Source: Candidatus Multivoradales bacterium
GTDB lineage: Bacteria; Acidobacteriota; Thermoanaerobaculia; Multivoradales; JAHEKO01
Direction of reading: 5' to 3'
DNA: 64,000 nt
Assembly (NCBI GenBank): GCA_965248055.1
Contig: CBDFIJ010000004.1
Span: forward strand, 2,208,001 to 2,272,000
The notes under the pieces are model-generated. The model had not been told where the DNA came from and ran no database searches. It saw only the letters and a list, made by a program, of their open reading frames with translations. A program made the translations under genes and the position numbers. Shown piece after piece: positions 30,303 to 40,716 of this stretch. Each line of letters starts with the position of its first letter. Position 1 is the first letter of the stretch.

Positions 30303-33300
30303 CTAGAACCGTAGCCTTGCTCCTACAAAGAAGCGTCTGGGTGCAGCGTAATCAATACCGTCAAGATACTGAAAACCGTCTCCGCCAGGCAGCAGATCTT
30401 GCAAACGAATCAGAGACTGATCGTCAAGGATATTGAAGACATCGAGAAAGAAATCAACTTCGGTATCGCCATTAGTGGTCCACACGTATGATCCACGGAT
30501 ATCGAGGATCCCATGGCTGTTGCCATCGTGAAAACCAAGCGCGTCGGGCTCAATCCAGGTGTCGTCAAATCCGCCACCAGCCCAACCAGCGAACGCAAAA
30601 CTCTGGTCCACGCGATCCGGAAGACTACGACCAAAGGCTTGTTGGTCGTTACGGTTGAGAATGATTCCGGAATTCCAGCGATAACTACCACCAACCTGGA
30701 AACCGTTGTCCCAGTCGTAGGAACCGTGAACTTTGAACAAATGCTCAACCAAGCCCGGCAAAGTGCCGGTACGGTTTGGAGCTCGCGGATCTAGGAAGAC
30801 AACGTCACCAGCGCCATCAAAGTTGGCGTCGGAGTTGGAGTTCCCTTCACCGTCGGCGTAGTTGTACGAAGCAAGCAACTGCCAGTTGTCGCTGTAGCGC
30901 TTACGGAAAACCAACTCAGCACCTTGCCAGTCGCGAAAAGCGCTGGGAAGGGTGCCGATCAGGAAGTTGAGATTGGTGGGGATGTCGCTCAGGCTGCTGA
31001 AGCCGAAGTATTGCGGACCCAAGAATAGTGAGTTCGGATCGTTAAGATCGCCACCCCATTGCGCGGCGTTGTAGTAAAACGAACCGTAGTCCTCACCGAT
31101 GGCACTGGTTTGCCGGTCGACTAAGTTGACCTCAAACATCATGTTTCGACCCAGGTCACGTTTGTATTGGATCTGGATCTCCTCGGTGACCGGGGTTTCG
31201 ATGCTCGGAGCGAAAAAAGCGTCCTGAACTGCAGTGCCACCGCGAAAGCGGAAGCGCACCCAGTCTTGCAACGCGTCAACGTAGACCTGCTCCTCGATCA
31301 CTCGACCGGTCAGAGAACCAGCAAAATCGATCGCAGTGTCGCGGAAGGCGTCGTAGTACTCACCGTAGAACACACCGATGCTGCTCTTGCCGTCACCGTT
31401 CACGTCGTAGGCAACACTGATGCGCGGAGCCACTTCGGTGTCCCAGGTTCCCACGTCATCGCCGTTGTCAGCGATGAAGGTGGTGTCTTCAGCACGGAGG
31501 CCAGCATTGACGCTCCATTTGTTGTGCTGCCAGGAGTCCTGAATGTAGAAGTGTGTCGACTCGGAGCCTTTGCTGGAAATACCAGCCTGGGTCTGCAGGT
31601 CGCGCGTGTAGTTGACCAAACCATTTGGATTGCCTGCGGTAGTACCGAAAGTCATGTTATTGAGAATCTCTGTTTGGTCAAGGACGCCATTGTGGTTGTC
31701 ATCCCACAATCCAACCAATGTCGCCAGCTGGCCTGCGGTGAGGCCTTCGTTGAAGCCATTTAGCTCGTCGCTGGAGACGCCAAAGTCACTTGTCGACCAA
31801 CCTGTCGCACAAGTACCGACTACCTCGCACAGTACGATCGAGCCGCCTGTGGGAGAGAGCGAAATATAGGTTGCCGGTGGGCTGCCAGTCGTCGAAGGAT
31901 TCTCAAATAGGGTGCTTTCGCCATCGACCATACCGAATTTCAGCGAATGGTCGCCCCAACTGGTGTCGAACAAGTACTCAAGGGATCCCCGAATTGACTC
32001 GGTTGCACGGTTGACCGTGACGTTGGTCCCCGAACCACCGAGCTTTTCTTGCGCGGAAGTGAAGACCGATCCAGGAGCAAAAGAGACATCGTTACGAGGT
32101 GCCTGATTCTTCGGAGTTTGATTGCGATCTGCTTCATGGTCGGTAAAGGCAACCTCTAATGCGGTGGAACCCCAAACGCGGTTGTATCCAACGCTGTAGC
32201 GCTCACCACCTCGTTCACGGGTGAAGTCGGCTGCGTTAGGAATATCCCGATCAAAACTGGCATCGCGATCAACTGGGTCGGTCAAGAAAGTACCAGAGAG
32301 GACATCGCTATCGGTGAGCGCCCAGGTTGCTTTGAAGAAGCCCTGATCAGCACTCTCGGTAGCTGTGCGCAGAAGCTGGCCTTGTTCGTTGGCCACGTCA
32401 CGCTCTTGTTCGACCTTGCGAAAACTTCCAAAAAACCAAGCCTTGTCCCGGGTGATCGGGCCACCCAAGGTGGCGGCTGCGTCAAAGGTCGAGAAGGTTT
32501 CGTCTGCGAAGTGCTCGTTGTCACCGACCAAGCTATCGTTTTGTAGGTAGTAGTTAACCGATCCTGAGAACTGGTTACCACCACTCTTGGTGACAACGTT
32601 CGAGATCAGTCCCGGGGAGCCGACAAATTCGGCCGGGATTGCACCAGTGAGCACACTCTGCTCCTGGATGATCTCGGAGTTGAGATCGGCGCCAGCGATG
32701 CCATCTGTGCGGTCGGTGGTATTGATGCCGTCAAAATAATAGAGATTGTCACTGGAACGTCCAACGTCGCCGCCTTCACGGTCGGCGTCACGGTAGTTGA
32801 CGCCGGAACGAGAGGCAGGATTGTCGGAATCGCCCAAGGTGGCTTGCACGCCAGGCACCAACTGTAGGTATCCGGTATAGCTACGGGCGGTCGGTAAAGA
32901 CTCGGTCAACTGCAGGGTAATGTTCTGCCCCGCTTGGGTCTTGGTGACGTCAACGAGTGGTGCTTCGGCGACGACGATTAATTCGTCGGAAACCGAGACT
33001 CCGCCCAGGGTGACCGTGAGGGACTGTGTTTGTCCAGCCTGCACAATAACGCTGTTCACAGTTTGGTCGGCAAACCCGTCGAGTACGATCGTGACCACAT
33101 AATTGGTGGCCGGGGCGAGCGCAACAACCGACACTTTGCCGGTTCCGTCGGTTACCACAGTGCGGCGGGTGAGGGTCTCGTCTGAAGCAACACTCACCGA
33201 AGCACCGGGCAATCCGGTGCCGTCGGTATCGGCCACAGAGACGTCGATACTCCCGTTTTGTGCTTGACCAAAAGCCGCCGGTGAAACCAGCAGAAAGGCC

Positions 33301-33329
33301 ATCGCAGTAAAGATTAGAACTCTTCGCAT
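30303..33329 (-). CDS. TonB-dependent receptor (Oar-like, N-terminal carboxypeptidase-regulatory domain)
   Basis: Signal peptide, plug NLYYFDGIN, VTKSGGNQFSGS, C-terminal GARLRF. Confidence 0.92.
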   Translation of the reverse strand: MRRVLIFTAMAFLLVSPAAFGQAQNGSIDVSVADTDGTGLPGASVSVASDETLTRRTVVTDGTGKVSVVALAPATNYVVTIVLDGFADQTVNSVIVQAGQTQSLTVTLGGVSVSDELIVVAEAPLVDVTKTQAGQNITLQLTESLPTARSYTGYLQLVPGVQATLGDSDNPASRSGVNYRDADREGGDVGRSSDNLYYFDGINTTDRTDGIAGADLNSEIIQEQSVLTGAIPAEFVGSPGLISNVVTKSGGNQFSGSVNYYLQNDSLVGDNEHFADETFSTFDAAATLGGPITRDKAWFFGSFRKVEQERDVANEQGQLLRTATESADQGFFKATWALTDSDVLSGTFLTDPVDRDASFDRDIPNAADFTRERGGERYSVGYNRVWGSTALEVAFTDHEADRNQTPKNQAPRNDVSFAPGSVFTSAQEKLGGSGTNVTVNRATESIRGSLEYLFDTSWGDHSLKFGMVDGESTLFENPSTTGSPPATYISLSPTGGSIVLCEVVGTCATGWSTSDFGVSSDELNGFNEGLTAGQLATLVGLWDDNHNGVLDQTEILNNMTFGTTAGNPNGLVNYTRDLQTQAGISSKGSESTHFYIQDSWQHNKWSVNAGLRAEDTTFIADNGDDVGTWDTEVAPRISVAYDVNGDGKSSIGVFYGEYYDAFRDTAIDFAGSLTGRVIEEQVYVDALQDWVRFRFRGGTAVQDAFFAPSIETPVTEEIQIQYKRDLGRNMMFEVNLVDRQTSAIGEDYGSFYYNAAQWGGDLNDPNSLFLGPQYFGFSSLSDIPTNLNFLIGTLPSAFRDWQGAELVFRKRYSDNWQLLASYNYADGEGNSNSDANFDGAGDVVFLDPRAPNRTGTLPGLVEHLFKVHGSYDWDNGFQVGGSYRWNSGIILNRNDQQAFGRSLPDRVDQSFAFAGWAGGGFDDTWIEPDALGFHDGNSHGILDIRGSYVWTTNGDTEVDFFLDVFNILDDQSLIRLQDLLPGGDGFQYLDGIDYAAPRRFFVGARLRF

Positions 33330-33845
33330 CCAGTTCTCCTTCTGACATGTAGGTTAAGAGGAAACATTTCCTGTCCAAAAAAGCTGCAAAGGGTAGACCA
33401 TCATTTCTGTTAGCTGCTAATAGCTTCGGCTTTGTATCTAACAGTTTTCGTTCGCTAGTCTTGACCGCAAATAATGGCGTTCGATTTGTCTGTCGAATGC
33501 CATCCGGAACCACTCTCAGGGCGTCCGCCGCACGTCAAGACATAGGAACTTAAATTCCGTGTAATCAATGCTTAGCGAGATTAGCGATTCCCTGCTCAGG
33601 GTAGCCGATAGTTCGATGAGAGACCTACCTTGATCTTCAATACGAACTGGGTTGGCGTGTAGAGGTGCCCAATCTGTGCTCCTGAATTTTGAGCGCACCG
33701 GGGGGCGGGAGCAGGTTTCCCGTCAGTCGCCCATCAGCCAATCCAGTCCAATGGACCAATGTGTTCAATATCTTGAAGTGAAGGCAATATAAAGAAACGT
33801 TTTAGCGCTATGGAAGTGGGTGTGCTGTGGCAGTGCCTCAGCGAC

Positions 33846-33879
33846 AAAAAGAAAAGGCCCTCCGTTGGGAGGACCTTTC
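33846..33879 (-). terminator. Rho-independent terminator
   Basis: gaaaggtcctcc-caac-ggagggcctttt followed by a T-run. Confidence 0.8.
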
Positions 33880-33918
33880 GTCGGCCTTGCTGGAGGCCGA
33901 GTTAACTCGGGCGCGGGG

Positions 33919-36900
33919 CTAGAAGCGTAGTCGCGCTCCGAGGAAAAACCGGCGTGGCTGGACGAAGTCGATACCGTCGCGGAAGTTGAAGCCGTCACCA
34001 CCAGTTTCGATGGTTTGCACCCGAATCAACGCCTGGTCATCCAGCACGTTAAAGACATCGACGAAGAAGTCCACCTCGCGACTGTTCGCAAGAGTCCACA
34101 AGTAAGACACACGGGCGTCGAGAATCCCGTACGACTCGCCCTCGAAAAACCCCAGCGCGTCGTCGGCAATCCAGAGATCGGCGAATGGTCCGTTCTGACC
34201 GGTGAAGCCGTTGGAGGCGAATGGCGTGTTGGTCCACGCCGGGATGGTGCGGTCGAAGGATTGGCCTGAGTTGCGATTGAGGGTGACCCCGGAGTTCCAC
34301 CGGTAGCTGCCACCGACCTGGAAGCCGTTGTCCCAGTTGTAAGAACTATGGACCTTGAACAGCTGCTCCACTAAGCCGGGCTGGGTACCGGTGCGGTTGG
34401 GCGCGCGCGGATCGAGTGGAAACACGTCGCCAGCACCGTCGAAGTTGCCGTCCGAATTGGAGTTGCCCTCGGCGTCGGCGTAGTTATAAGAAGCCAGCAG
34501 TTGCCAATTGTCGCTGTAGCGCTTACGGAATACTAACTCCAGCCCCTGGTAGTCACGAAAAGCCTCCGAAGGTAGGGAACCGATCAAGAAGTTGAAGTTA
34601 GTGGGGATATCACTGAAGCTGTCGAAGCCAAAGAAATTTGCACCCAGGAACAACGAGTTGGGATCGTTGAGGTCACCGCCGTTGCCGGTGTATTGTGCTG
34701 GATCGAAGTAAATCGCACCGTAGTCCTCGGCTATGCTGGCGGTCTCTCGGTCGATCAGGTTGATCTCAAACATCATGTTGTTACCGAGGTCCTGCTTGTA
34801 CTGGAGCTGGATCTCTTCGGTGACGGGAGTTTCGATTTTTGGTGAAAAGGAGCCGTCAATGGTCTCGATACCACCGCGATCGCGAAACTTGACCCAGTCC
34901 GCCAGTGCGTCGACAAAGACTTCCTCGGCGAAAACGTTGCCGGACTTTGAGCCGGCAAAGTCAATCGCGTTGTCGCGGAAGGCGTCGTAATACTCACCGT
35001 AGAACAAGCCAACACTGCTGCGACCATCACCCTTTACGTCGTATGCGATGCTGATCCGTGGAGCGACCTCAGTGTCCCAGGTGCCGATGTCCTGGCCCAG
35101 ATCGTCCAAGAAGGTGGTGTCCTCAGCGCGCAGTCCAGCGTTGATACTCCACCTGTTCCTTTGCCAGGAATCTTGAATGAAGTATTGCTTTGACTCTGAC
35201 CCCTTCTTTGAAGTTCCTGCCTGGGTCTGAAGATCCCGCGTGTAATTGATTTGACCGTGTGGGTTGCCGGCGGTCGACGCGAAGGTCATGTTGTTGGTGA
35301 TTTCCGCGTTGTCGAGAACACCGTTTTTGTTGTTGTCCCACAGACCAAGTAGAGTCGCCGTCTGGCCAGCGGTGAGGAACCCGCGGAAGCCCTCTAACTC
35401 GTCGGGTGAGGCACCAAAATCTACTTGCGAGTAATTGGCTGCCGCACAGGCTCCAGTGACTTCGCATAGAACAATCGGAGTGCCCAGGCCGCGCGCTGAG
35501 AGGGAAAAATAGGTGGCGGGGGGACTACCATTGGTAAGTCTCTGCTCTGCCAGTCCGCTGTCGGCGTTGTTGATGCCGAATTTGAGAGAGTGATCACCCC
35601 AACTGGTGTCAAACAGGTACTCCAGCGAGCTGCGAGTTGATTCGGTACTGCGCAGATCGAGACTGCTAATACCGGCTCCACCAATGTTGGCTTGAGCGGA
35701 AGTAAATACCTCACCGGGCGCGAACAGGATCTCGTTTTGGGCGTCCAAATTGATTGGAAATTCGTTGGTATCTGCCTCGTGATCGGTAAACCCTAACTCT
35801 AGCGCCGCCGAACCCCAGACTCGGTTATAAGAGATCGAGTACCGCTCGCCGCCTCTTTCGAAGGTTGCGTCAGCGGTGTTCGGGATCGTCCGACTGAAGC
35901 TCCCTGTGTCGTCACGGGGATCGGTGAGATAGATCCCAGTCAACAAATCGCTGTCGGTGATCGCCCAGCTTAGTTTGCCGAAAGCCTGATCTTCATCTCG
36001 TTTGACGGTACGAAGGAACTGGCCCTGCTCGTTAACTAAGCTGCGTTCGGTATCGAGCACGCGAAAACTGGCAAAGAACCAAGCTTTGTCGCGCGCAATC
36101 GGACCACCCAAAGTGAAGGCGGTGTCGAAGGTGTCGAAGCCATCGTCGGCGAAGTGCTCGTCATCTGAGACTAGATTGTCGTCCTGAAAGTAGTAGTTGA
36201 GTGAGCCGGAAAATGCGTTCCCGCCGCTCTTGGTCACCACATTGGAGACCAAGCCGGGAACGCCGACGAATTCCGCCGGAATGGCGCCGGTAATAACACT
36301 CTGCTCTTGGATGATCTCGGTGTTGATATTGGCACCGTTGGTTCCCAAAGAACGGTCGGTGACGTTGATGCCGTCGAAGTAATAGAGATTGTCACTGGAA
36401 CGACCGACGCCACCCTCGGTTCCGGCGGCATCGCCCTTTTTTCGATCGCGATAGTTGATGCCGCTGCGAGACGCAGGGTTGTCGGATTCGCCGATCGCGT
36501 CCTGAACGCCCGGGACCAGCTGCAAGTAACTCTGATAGGTGCGAGCGGTTGGCAGGGACTCGGTGAGCTGTAAGGTGATGTCCTGCCCAGCTTGGGTCTT
36601 GCTGACGTCCACCAAGGGCGCTTCGGCGACAACAATCAGTTCGTCGGTGATGGATGCACCGGCGAGGCGAACTTCAATCGACTGTGATTGACCGGCGCGC
36701 ACCACTACTTGGCTGATCGTTTGAGAGGCGAAATTGTCCAAGTTGACCGTGACCACATAGTTAGTGGCCGGGTCCAAAGAAACAATGCGCGCTCGACCGG
36801 CGTCATCGGAAACCACACTTCTCCGAGTCAGGGTTTCGTCAGAAGAAACGCTGACCGTGGCACCCGGTAAGGGGCTGCCGTTGGCGTCGGTAACCGTGAC

Positions 36901-36987
36901 ATCCACGGTTCCGCGTTGGGCTTGGCTAAACGCTACCGGGGAACCCAGTAGCAAGGCCGCTGTCACAAACATCAGAACTCTACGCAT
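33919..36987 (-). CDS. TonB-dependent receptor, tandem paralog
   Basis: MRRVLMFVTAALLLG start with RBS; colinear with 30303..33329; ends GARLRF. Confidence 0.92.
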   Translation of the reverse strand: MRRVLMFVTAALLLGSPVAFSQAQRGTVDVTVTDANGSPLPGATVSVSSDETLTRRSVVSDDAGRARIVSLDPATNYVVTVNLDNFASQTISQVVVRAGQSQSIEVRLAGASITDELIVVAEAPLVDVSKTQAGQDITLQLTESLPTARTYQSYLQLVPGVQDAIGESDNPASRSGINYRDRKKGDAAGTEGGVGRSSDNLYYFDGINVTDRSLGTNGANINTEIIQEQSVITGAIPAEFVGVPGLVSNVVTKSGGNAFSGSLNYYFQDDNLVSDDEHFADDGFDTFDTAFTLGGPIARDKAWFFASFRVLDTERSLVNEQGQFLRTVKRDEDQAFGKLSWAITDSDLLTGIYLTDPRDDTGSFSRTIPNTADATFERGGERYSISYNRVWGSAALELGFTDHEADTNEFPINLDAQNEILFAPGEVFTSAQANIGGAGISSLDLRSTESTRSSLEYLFDTSWGDHSLKFGINNADSGLAEQRLTNGSPPATYFSLSARGLGTPIVLCEVTGACAAANYSQVDFGASPDELEGFRGFLTAGQTATLLGLWDNNKNGVLDNAEITNNMTFASTAGNPHGQINYTRDLQTQAGTSKKGSESKQYFIQDSWQRNRWSINAGLRAEDTTFLDDLGQDIGTWDTEVAPRISIAYDVKGDGRSSVGLFYGEYYDAFRDNAIDFAGSKSGNVFAEEVFVDALADWVKFRDRGGIETIDGSFSPKIETPVTEEIQLQYKQDLGNNMMFEINLIDRETASIAEDYGAIYFDPAQYTGNGGDLNDPNSLFLGANFFGFDSFSDIPTNFNFLIGSLPSEAFRDYQGLELVFRKRYSDNWQLLASYNYADAEGNSNSDGNFDGAGDVFPLDPRAPNRTGTQPGLVEQLFKVHSSYNWDNGFQVGGSYRWNSGVTLNRNSGQSFDRTIPAWTNTPFASNGFTGQNGPFADLWIADDALGFFEGESYGILDARVSYLWTLANSREVDFFVDVFNVLDDQALIRVQTIETGGDGFNFRDGIDFVQPRRFFLGARLRF

Positions 36988-37482
36988 TCTGTCTCCTTTA
37001 ATCGTTGGTTGCGCCGCATGCCGCCAAGAAGTGCAAGGTGCAATCCAGAGACGAAGCCAGCGACCGTTAAGGAGAAGGTTCGAGCTTAGTGTACTCCTGA
37101 GAGTCGGGCGAATAGGCCCAAACATATTGTGTTGTGGGTGTCGACTCTGCTAGCGAAGCGATCTTTCGATAGGCCCGAAAGATATGGTTGTAAGTTGTTT
37201 TTCTTCAATCCTTTGAAAGTGTTGCTTGTGCCCGGTTAAGGGGTGTTGTTTATGCCGCTAGGTGGACGGCGACCATGCTTGGTGAACCCAGGTGTTTGCG
37301 GGGGGGCTTCGCGCGAGAAACAAGTCTGAGAAAGACTGACACCGCGTGAGAGCACGCAGTGCAATTTGCTTCCCGATGCTTCCTCTTAATTTCTTATATT
37401 TAAGGGGATTGTTGGCATTTCAATCGATTGGACTGGGCACTCCAGTTGGTTGAATCTTTGCCGCGCATCTGAGCGCAAAGAG

Positions 37483-38892
37483 TCAGGAACAAGACCGATC
37501 AAGCGCCGAGATCCGGGCGGCGGCTGGGGAACCCGGTGCCGATTTGAGCGATCGGCAGTAGTACCCGACCGCAGCCTCAATTCGACCTCGGCCTTCCGCG
37601 GCAAGGCCCAAGAAAAAGAAAGCCTGGGGGTTTACTGGGTCGATTGCGAGTGCAGCCTCAAAATGGGTTACTGCAGCTTCCAACACTCCGCTTTGGGCCA
37701 AAGCGTTGCCCCAATCGTTGTGTGCTGAAGCGGTAGTTAGTACCCCTAACGCAGCGGTTGTTTCAAAAGTGGAGATTGCCGGAGCTAGCTGAGCAGTTTG
37801 CATCAGAGCTCTTCCCAACAGCCAGCCGGCGTCCGGGTCATCTGGGGTCAGTCGAACCGCGGCTTCGAGATGGGGGATGGCAGCGGTGGTCTCCTGTTGG
37901 TCCAGATACAACGAAGCGAGTCGAACCCGACTATCGACCGACTCCGGGTTCAATTCAACGGCCCGTTGAAGATAGTGACCAACCTTAGAAATTTCGCCGA
38001 GATTGCCATAAGCGACCGCCAGTTGAAGATGTGCCTCGGCGTTGGAGGGGCTCAGTTCTATGACTTTGTTCAAGCCAATGACCGCCTGTTCATTGTTGCC
38101 GTTTTCCAGAAAACTCTTTGCCCGCTCCCAGATTTGGATCGAACTCAGTCCCTCAGCCACCACTTGGCCCATCAATGGATCCGCAAAGAGGTTGTAGCTG
38201 GCGGCATCGCGCGCTCTGGTCGCGATCTTGCGTGCTTGATCAGTCCTTCCTTGTCTCATATAAACCTGACCGAGAGTCGACAACGCCTGACCGTGACGCG
38301 GCGATTTGTTGAGCACAGTCTCGAGGAGATTAGCCGCGGAGTCTAACTCCCCCGAGGCCAGTCGAACTTGGGCCAGGGCGACCCGTGCTGGCTGCAGAGC
38401 TGGCTCCAAATCCAGTGCCCGTTGGAGATTCTGAGCGGCCTCGCCGGGGTTGTTCCGCGAGATTAAGACGTTACCCAACCGCATGTGAGCGGGCGCGTAG
38501 TCTGGATGAAGCTGCATGAAGGAGCGAAAAGACTTTTCTGCCGACTCCAGATCGGTTCCTAGGATGCTCAACACGTCGCCGAGAAAGTAGGGCCAACGCT
38601 CGTCGTTGGGGTCAAGGTCTCGGGCGTTCCGGTAGGCGATCTCCGCCTCGTCCAGCAACTCGTGGGCGTGAGCCACCATGCCAAAGCGACCCCATGCTTC
38701 CGCTGATGTTGGCTGAGCTTTAATTTCGCTGGCCAGCTCGCGCAACCGATTGGCAACCTGGATCTCCATGGTGGACAGCTCGGGGAGTGGCACTTGGTTG
38801 GTAGCAGTTTCTTCTGATGTGCCGGAGTCTTGGCAGGCCACAGCGCCGACCAGTAACGCGAGCAAGGCCCGGTGGAGGAGTGCCAGCTTCAC
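37483..38892 (-). CDS. TPR lipoprotein
   Basis: Lipobox-like AVAC; many TPRs. Confidence 0.85.
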   Translation of the reverse strand: MKLALLHRALLALLVGAVACQDSGTSEETATNQVPLPELSTMEIQVANRLRELASEIKAQPTSAEAWGRFGMVAHAHELLDEAEIAYRNARDLDPNDERWPYFLGDVLSILGTDLESAEKSFRSFMQLHPDYAPAHMRLGNVLISRNNPGEAAQNLQRALDLEPALQPARVALAQVRLASGELDSAANLLETVLNKSPRHGQALSTLGQVYMRQGRTDQARKIATRARDAASYNLFADPLMGQVVAEGLSSIQIWERAKSFLENGNNEQAVIGLNKVIELSPSNAEAHLQLAVAYGNLGEISKVGHYLQRAVELNPESVDSRVRLASLYLDQQETTAAIPHLEAAVRLTPDDPDAGWLLGRALMQTAQLAPAISTFETTAALGVLTTASAHNDWGNALAQSGVLEAAVTHFEAALAIDPVNPQAFFFLGLAAEGRGRIEAAVGYYCRSLKSAPGSPAAARISALDRSCS

Positions 38893-40619
38893 CCTCCCTC
38901 TCCTCGGACCAAGGTTGTCACCTGGTCTACAGAGATACCCGAGAAGGATTCTTCCAGGCCATCGGGCCAGCGCACCAAGACCGAAACATCCTCTGAGTGA
39001 TCACCCAGGCCAAAATGAGCCCGTGGATCGCTACTTGAGAGATAGCTCATGGCGCCTTGAATGGTTCTCTGCTGGCGCCCGATCGTGGAGGTAACCGTGA
39101 CCCGCGCTCCCAGTGCCCGTCGACCCAGAGTCGGGTCAACCGCGTCGAGAATCAGCCAGTGCCCTTCACCAGGAGTACCGCGCAGGACGCGCGCCGGGCT
39201 CTCAATACCGCTGACGATCAGATCTTGCCCCCCATCGCCGTCGAGATCTCCAACCGCCAATCCTCGACTGACCTCTGCTGCCGCGGTAAAAGCAGCCACG
39301 CCTTGGTTGTCGTCCAACAGTCTAAAACTGCCGTTGGAGTTGAGGTAAACCAAGTTGGGTTCAGCGTATTGATTCCACGGCTCGGGCAGGACATCGGTCA
39401 GCGATTCCCCCCGCGTGACCCGACCATTGGCCACTGCGATGTCGAGGTCGCCGTCCAGGTCGAGGTCGATCGGAGCGACTCCAAAACCGGTAAACGGTGT
39501 GCTTGCGGCCGCCAAACCGACCTTGGTGGTTTGATCTTCGAATCCCATCCCTGCCCCCAGATTGCGATAGAAAGTGTTGGTTTCATCTCGGAGATGGGTG
39601 ACGAACAGGTCGAGATGCGTGTCGCCGTCAAAGTCCGCCGCGACCACACCCATGCCGGCTTCGTGCAGCCCGGCTGCGTTGACGCTGGCGCCCATGATCA
39701 ATCCGTCATCGATAAACTTGCCATCGACTTGGTTGATCCACAGTTGGTTCGGGTCGCCATCGTTGGCGACGTAAATATCGACCCAGCCGTCGTCATTAAA
39801 GTCTTCGCACACCACTCCGAGTCCGGCCCCGGTGACGACGTCGATCCCGGCGCGGTCGGTCACGTTGCGAAAGGTTCCATCGCCACGGTTTTCCAGCAGC
39901 ACATCGGTACGGTCCTCGAAGCCATCAGGACCGCAGTATTCGCGACGTCCGGCGGTGTCAGTACACTGGACATTTGGGTCAAAGACCACGTAACGAACCA
40001 CATAGAGGTCGAGGTAACCGTCGCGGTTGAAATCACAGAATGCGGCGGAGGTCGACCAGTCGTCGTGGTTGGTTCCGGTCGCACTGACGCCTGAGGTCGC
40101 TGAAACGTCAGCGAACGTTCCATCACCGCGCCCTCGATAGAGGTGATCGGGGCCGATGTTGGCGACGAACACGTCTTGGTGTCCGTCATTGTCGACATCG
40201 CCAACCGCTACTCCGGTGCCGTATCCACGGTCATCGAGCCCTGAGGAATCGGTGGTATTCCGGTAGCTGCCGTCGGGCTGGCGGAGAAACAGCTGATTGC
40301 TGGGGCCGTTGTCTGAGTCAGATTGACCGAGTTGCTCCGCTCCATTAATGAAATAGAGGTCCAACCGACCGTCTTCGTTGGCATCCAGGACGGCAACTCC
40401 ACCTCCCATCATTTCGGGAAACACCAAATCACCGCTGGCTCCTGAACTGTGGTTGAAGTCAATACCCCAGTCGGTGGTGACCTCAACCAAGAGTGGAGAT
40501 CGGGCTTCACTTGGGTCTTCAGAATGAATCTCTAAGCTAGCCTCCTCTGGGGAAGACTGTGGCGAGCCACAGCCGAACAGGGTGGCAACGACAATAGCGG
40601 CGACAGATCGCGTCAACAT
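38889..40619 (-). CDS. CRTAC1-family FG-GAP repeat / ASPIC-UnbV lipoprotein
   Basis: LFGC lipobox, DxDxDGxxDL repeats, SYLSSSDPRAHFGLG, VRWPDG. Confidence 0.9.
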   Translation of the reverse strand: MLTRSVAAIVVATLFGCGSPQSSPEEASLEIHSEDPSEARSPLLVEVTTDWGIDFNHSSGASGDLVFPEMMGGGVAVLDANEDGRLDLYFINGAEQLGQSDSDNGPSNQLFLRQPDGSYRNTTDSSGLDDRGYGTGVAVGDVDNDGHQDVFVANIGPDHLYRGRGDGTFADVSATSGVSATGTNHDDWSTSAAFCDFNRDGYLDLYVVRYVVFDPNVQCTDTAGRREYCGPDGFEDRTDVLLENRGDGTFRNVTDRAGIDVVTGAGLGVVCEDFNDDGWVDIYVANDGDPNQLWINQVDGKFIDDGLIMGASVNAAGLHEAGMGVVAADFDGDTHLDLFVTHLRDETNTFYRNLGAGMGFEDQTTKVGLAAASTPFTGFGVAPIDLDLDGDLDIAVANGRVTRGESLTDVLPEPWNQYAEPNLVYLNSNGSFRLLDDNQGVAAFTAAAEVSRGLAVGDLDGDGGQDLIVSGIESPARVLRGTPGEGHWLILDAVDPTLGRRALGARVTVTSTIGRQQRTIQGAMSYLSSSDPRAHFGLGDHSEDVSVLVRWPDGLEESFSGISVDQVTTLVRGEGG

Positions 40620-40716
40620 CGTTCTGATACTAGCAACCCAAGTGTCGTCACCGCAGTGAAGCAGAAGGGTCCGTTACCGACAGAAGACATTCCAGTACAC
40701 TGCCGTACGACTACCG

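Noticed and set aside
39057-40094. 345-aa plus-strand ORF and similar long antisense ORFs elsewhere
   Set aside because: Shadow frames of well-supported genes on the opposite strand in GC-rich DNA.
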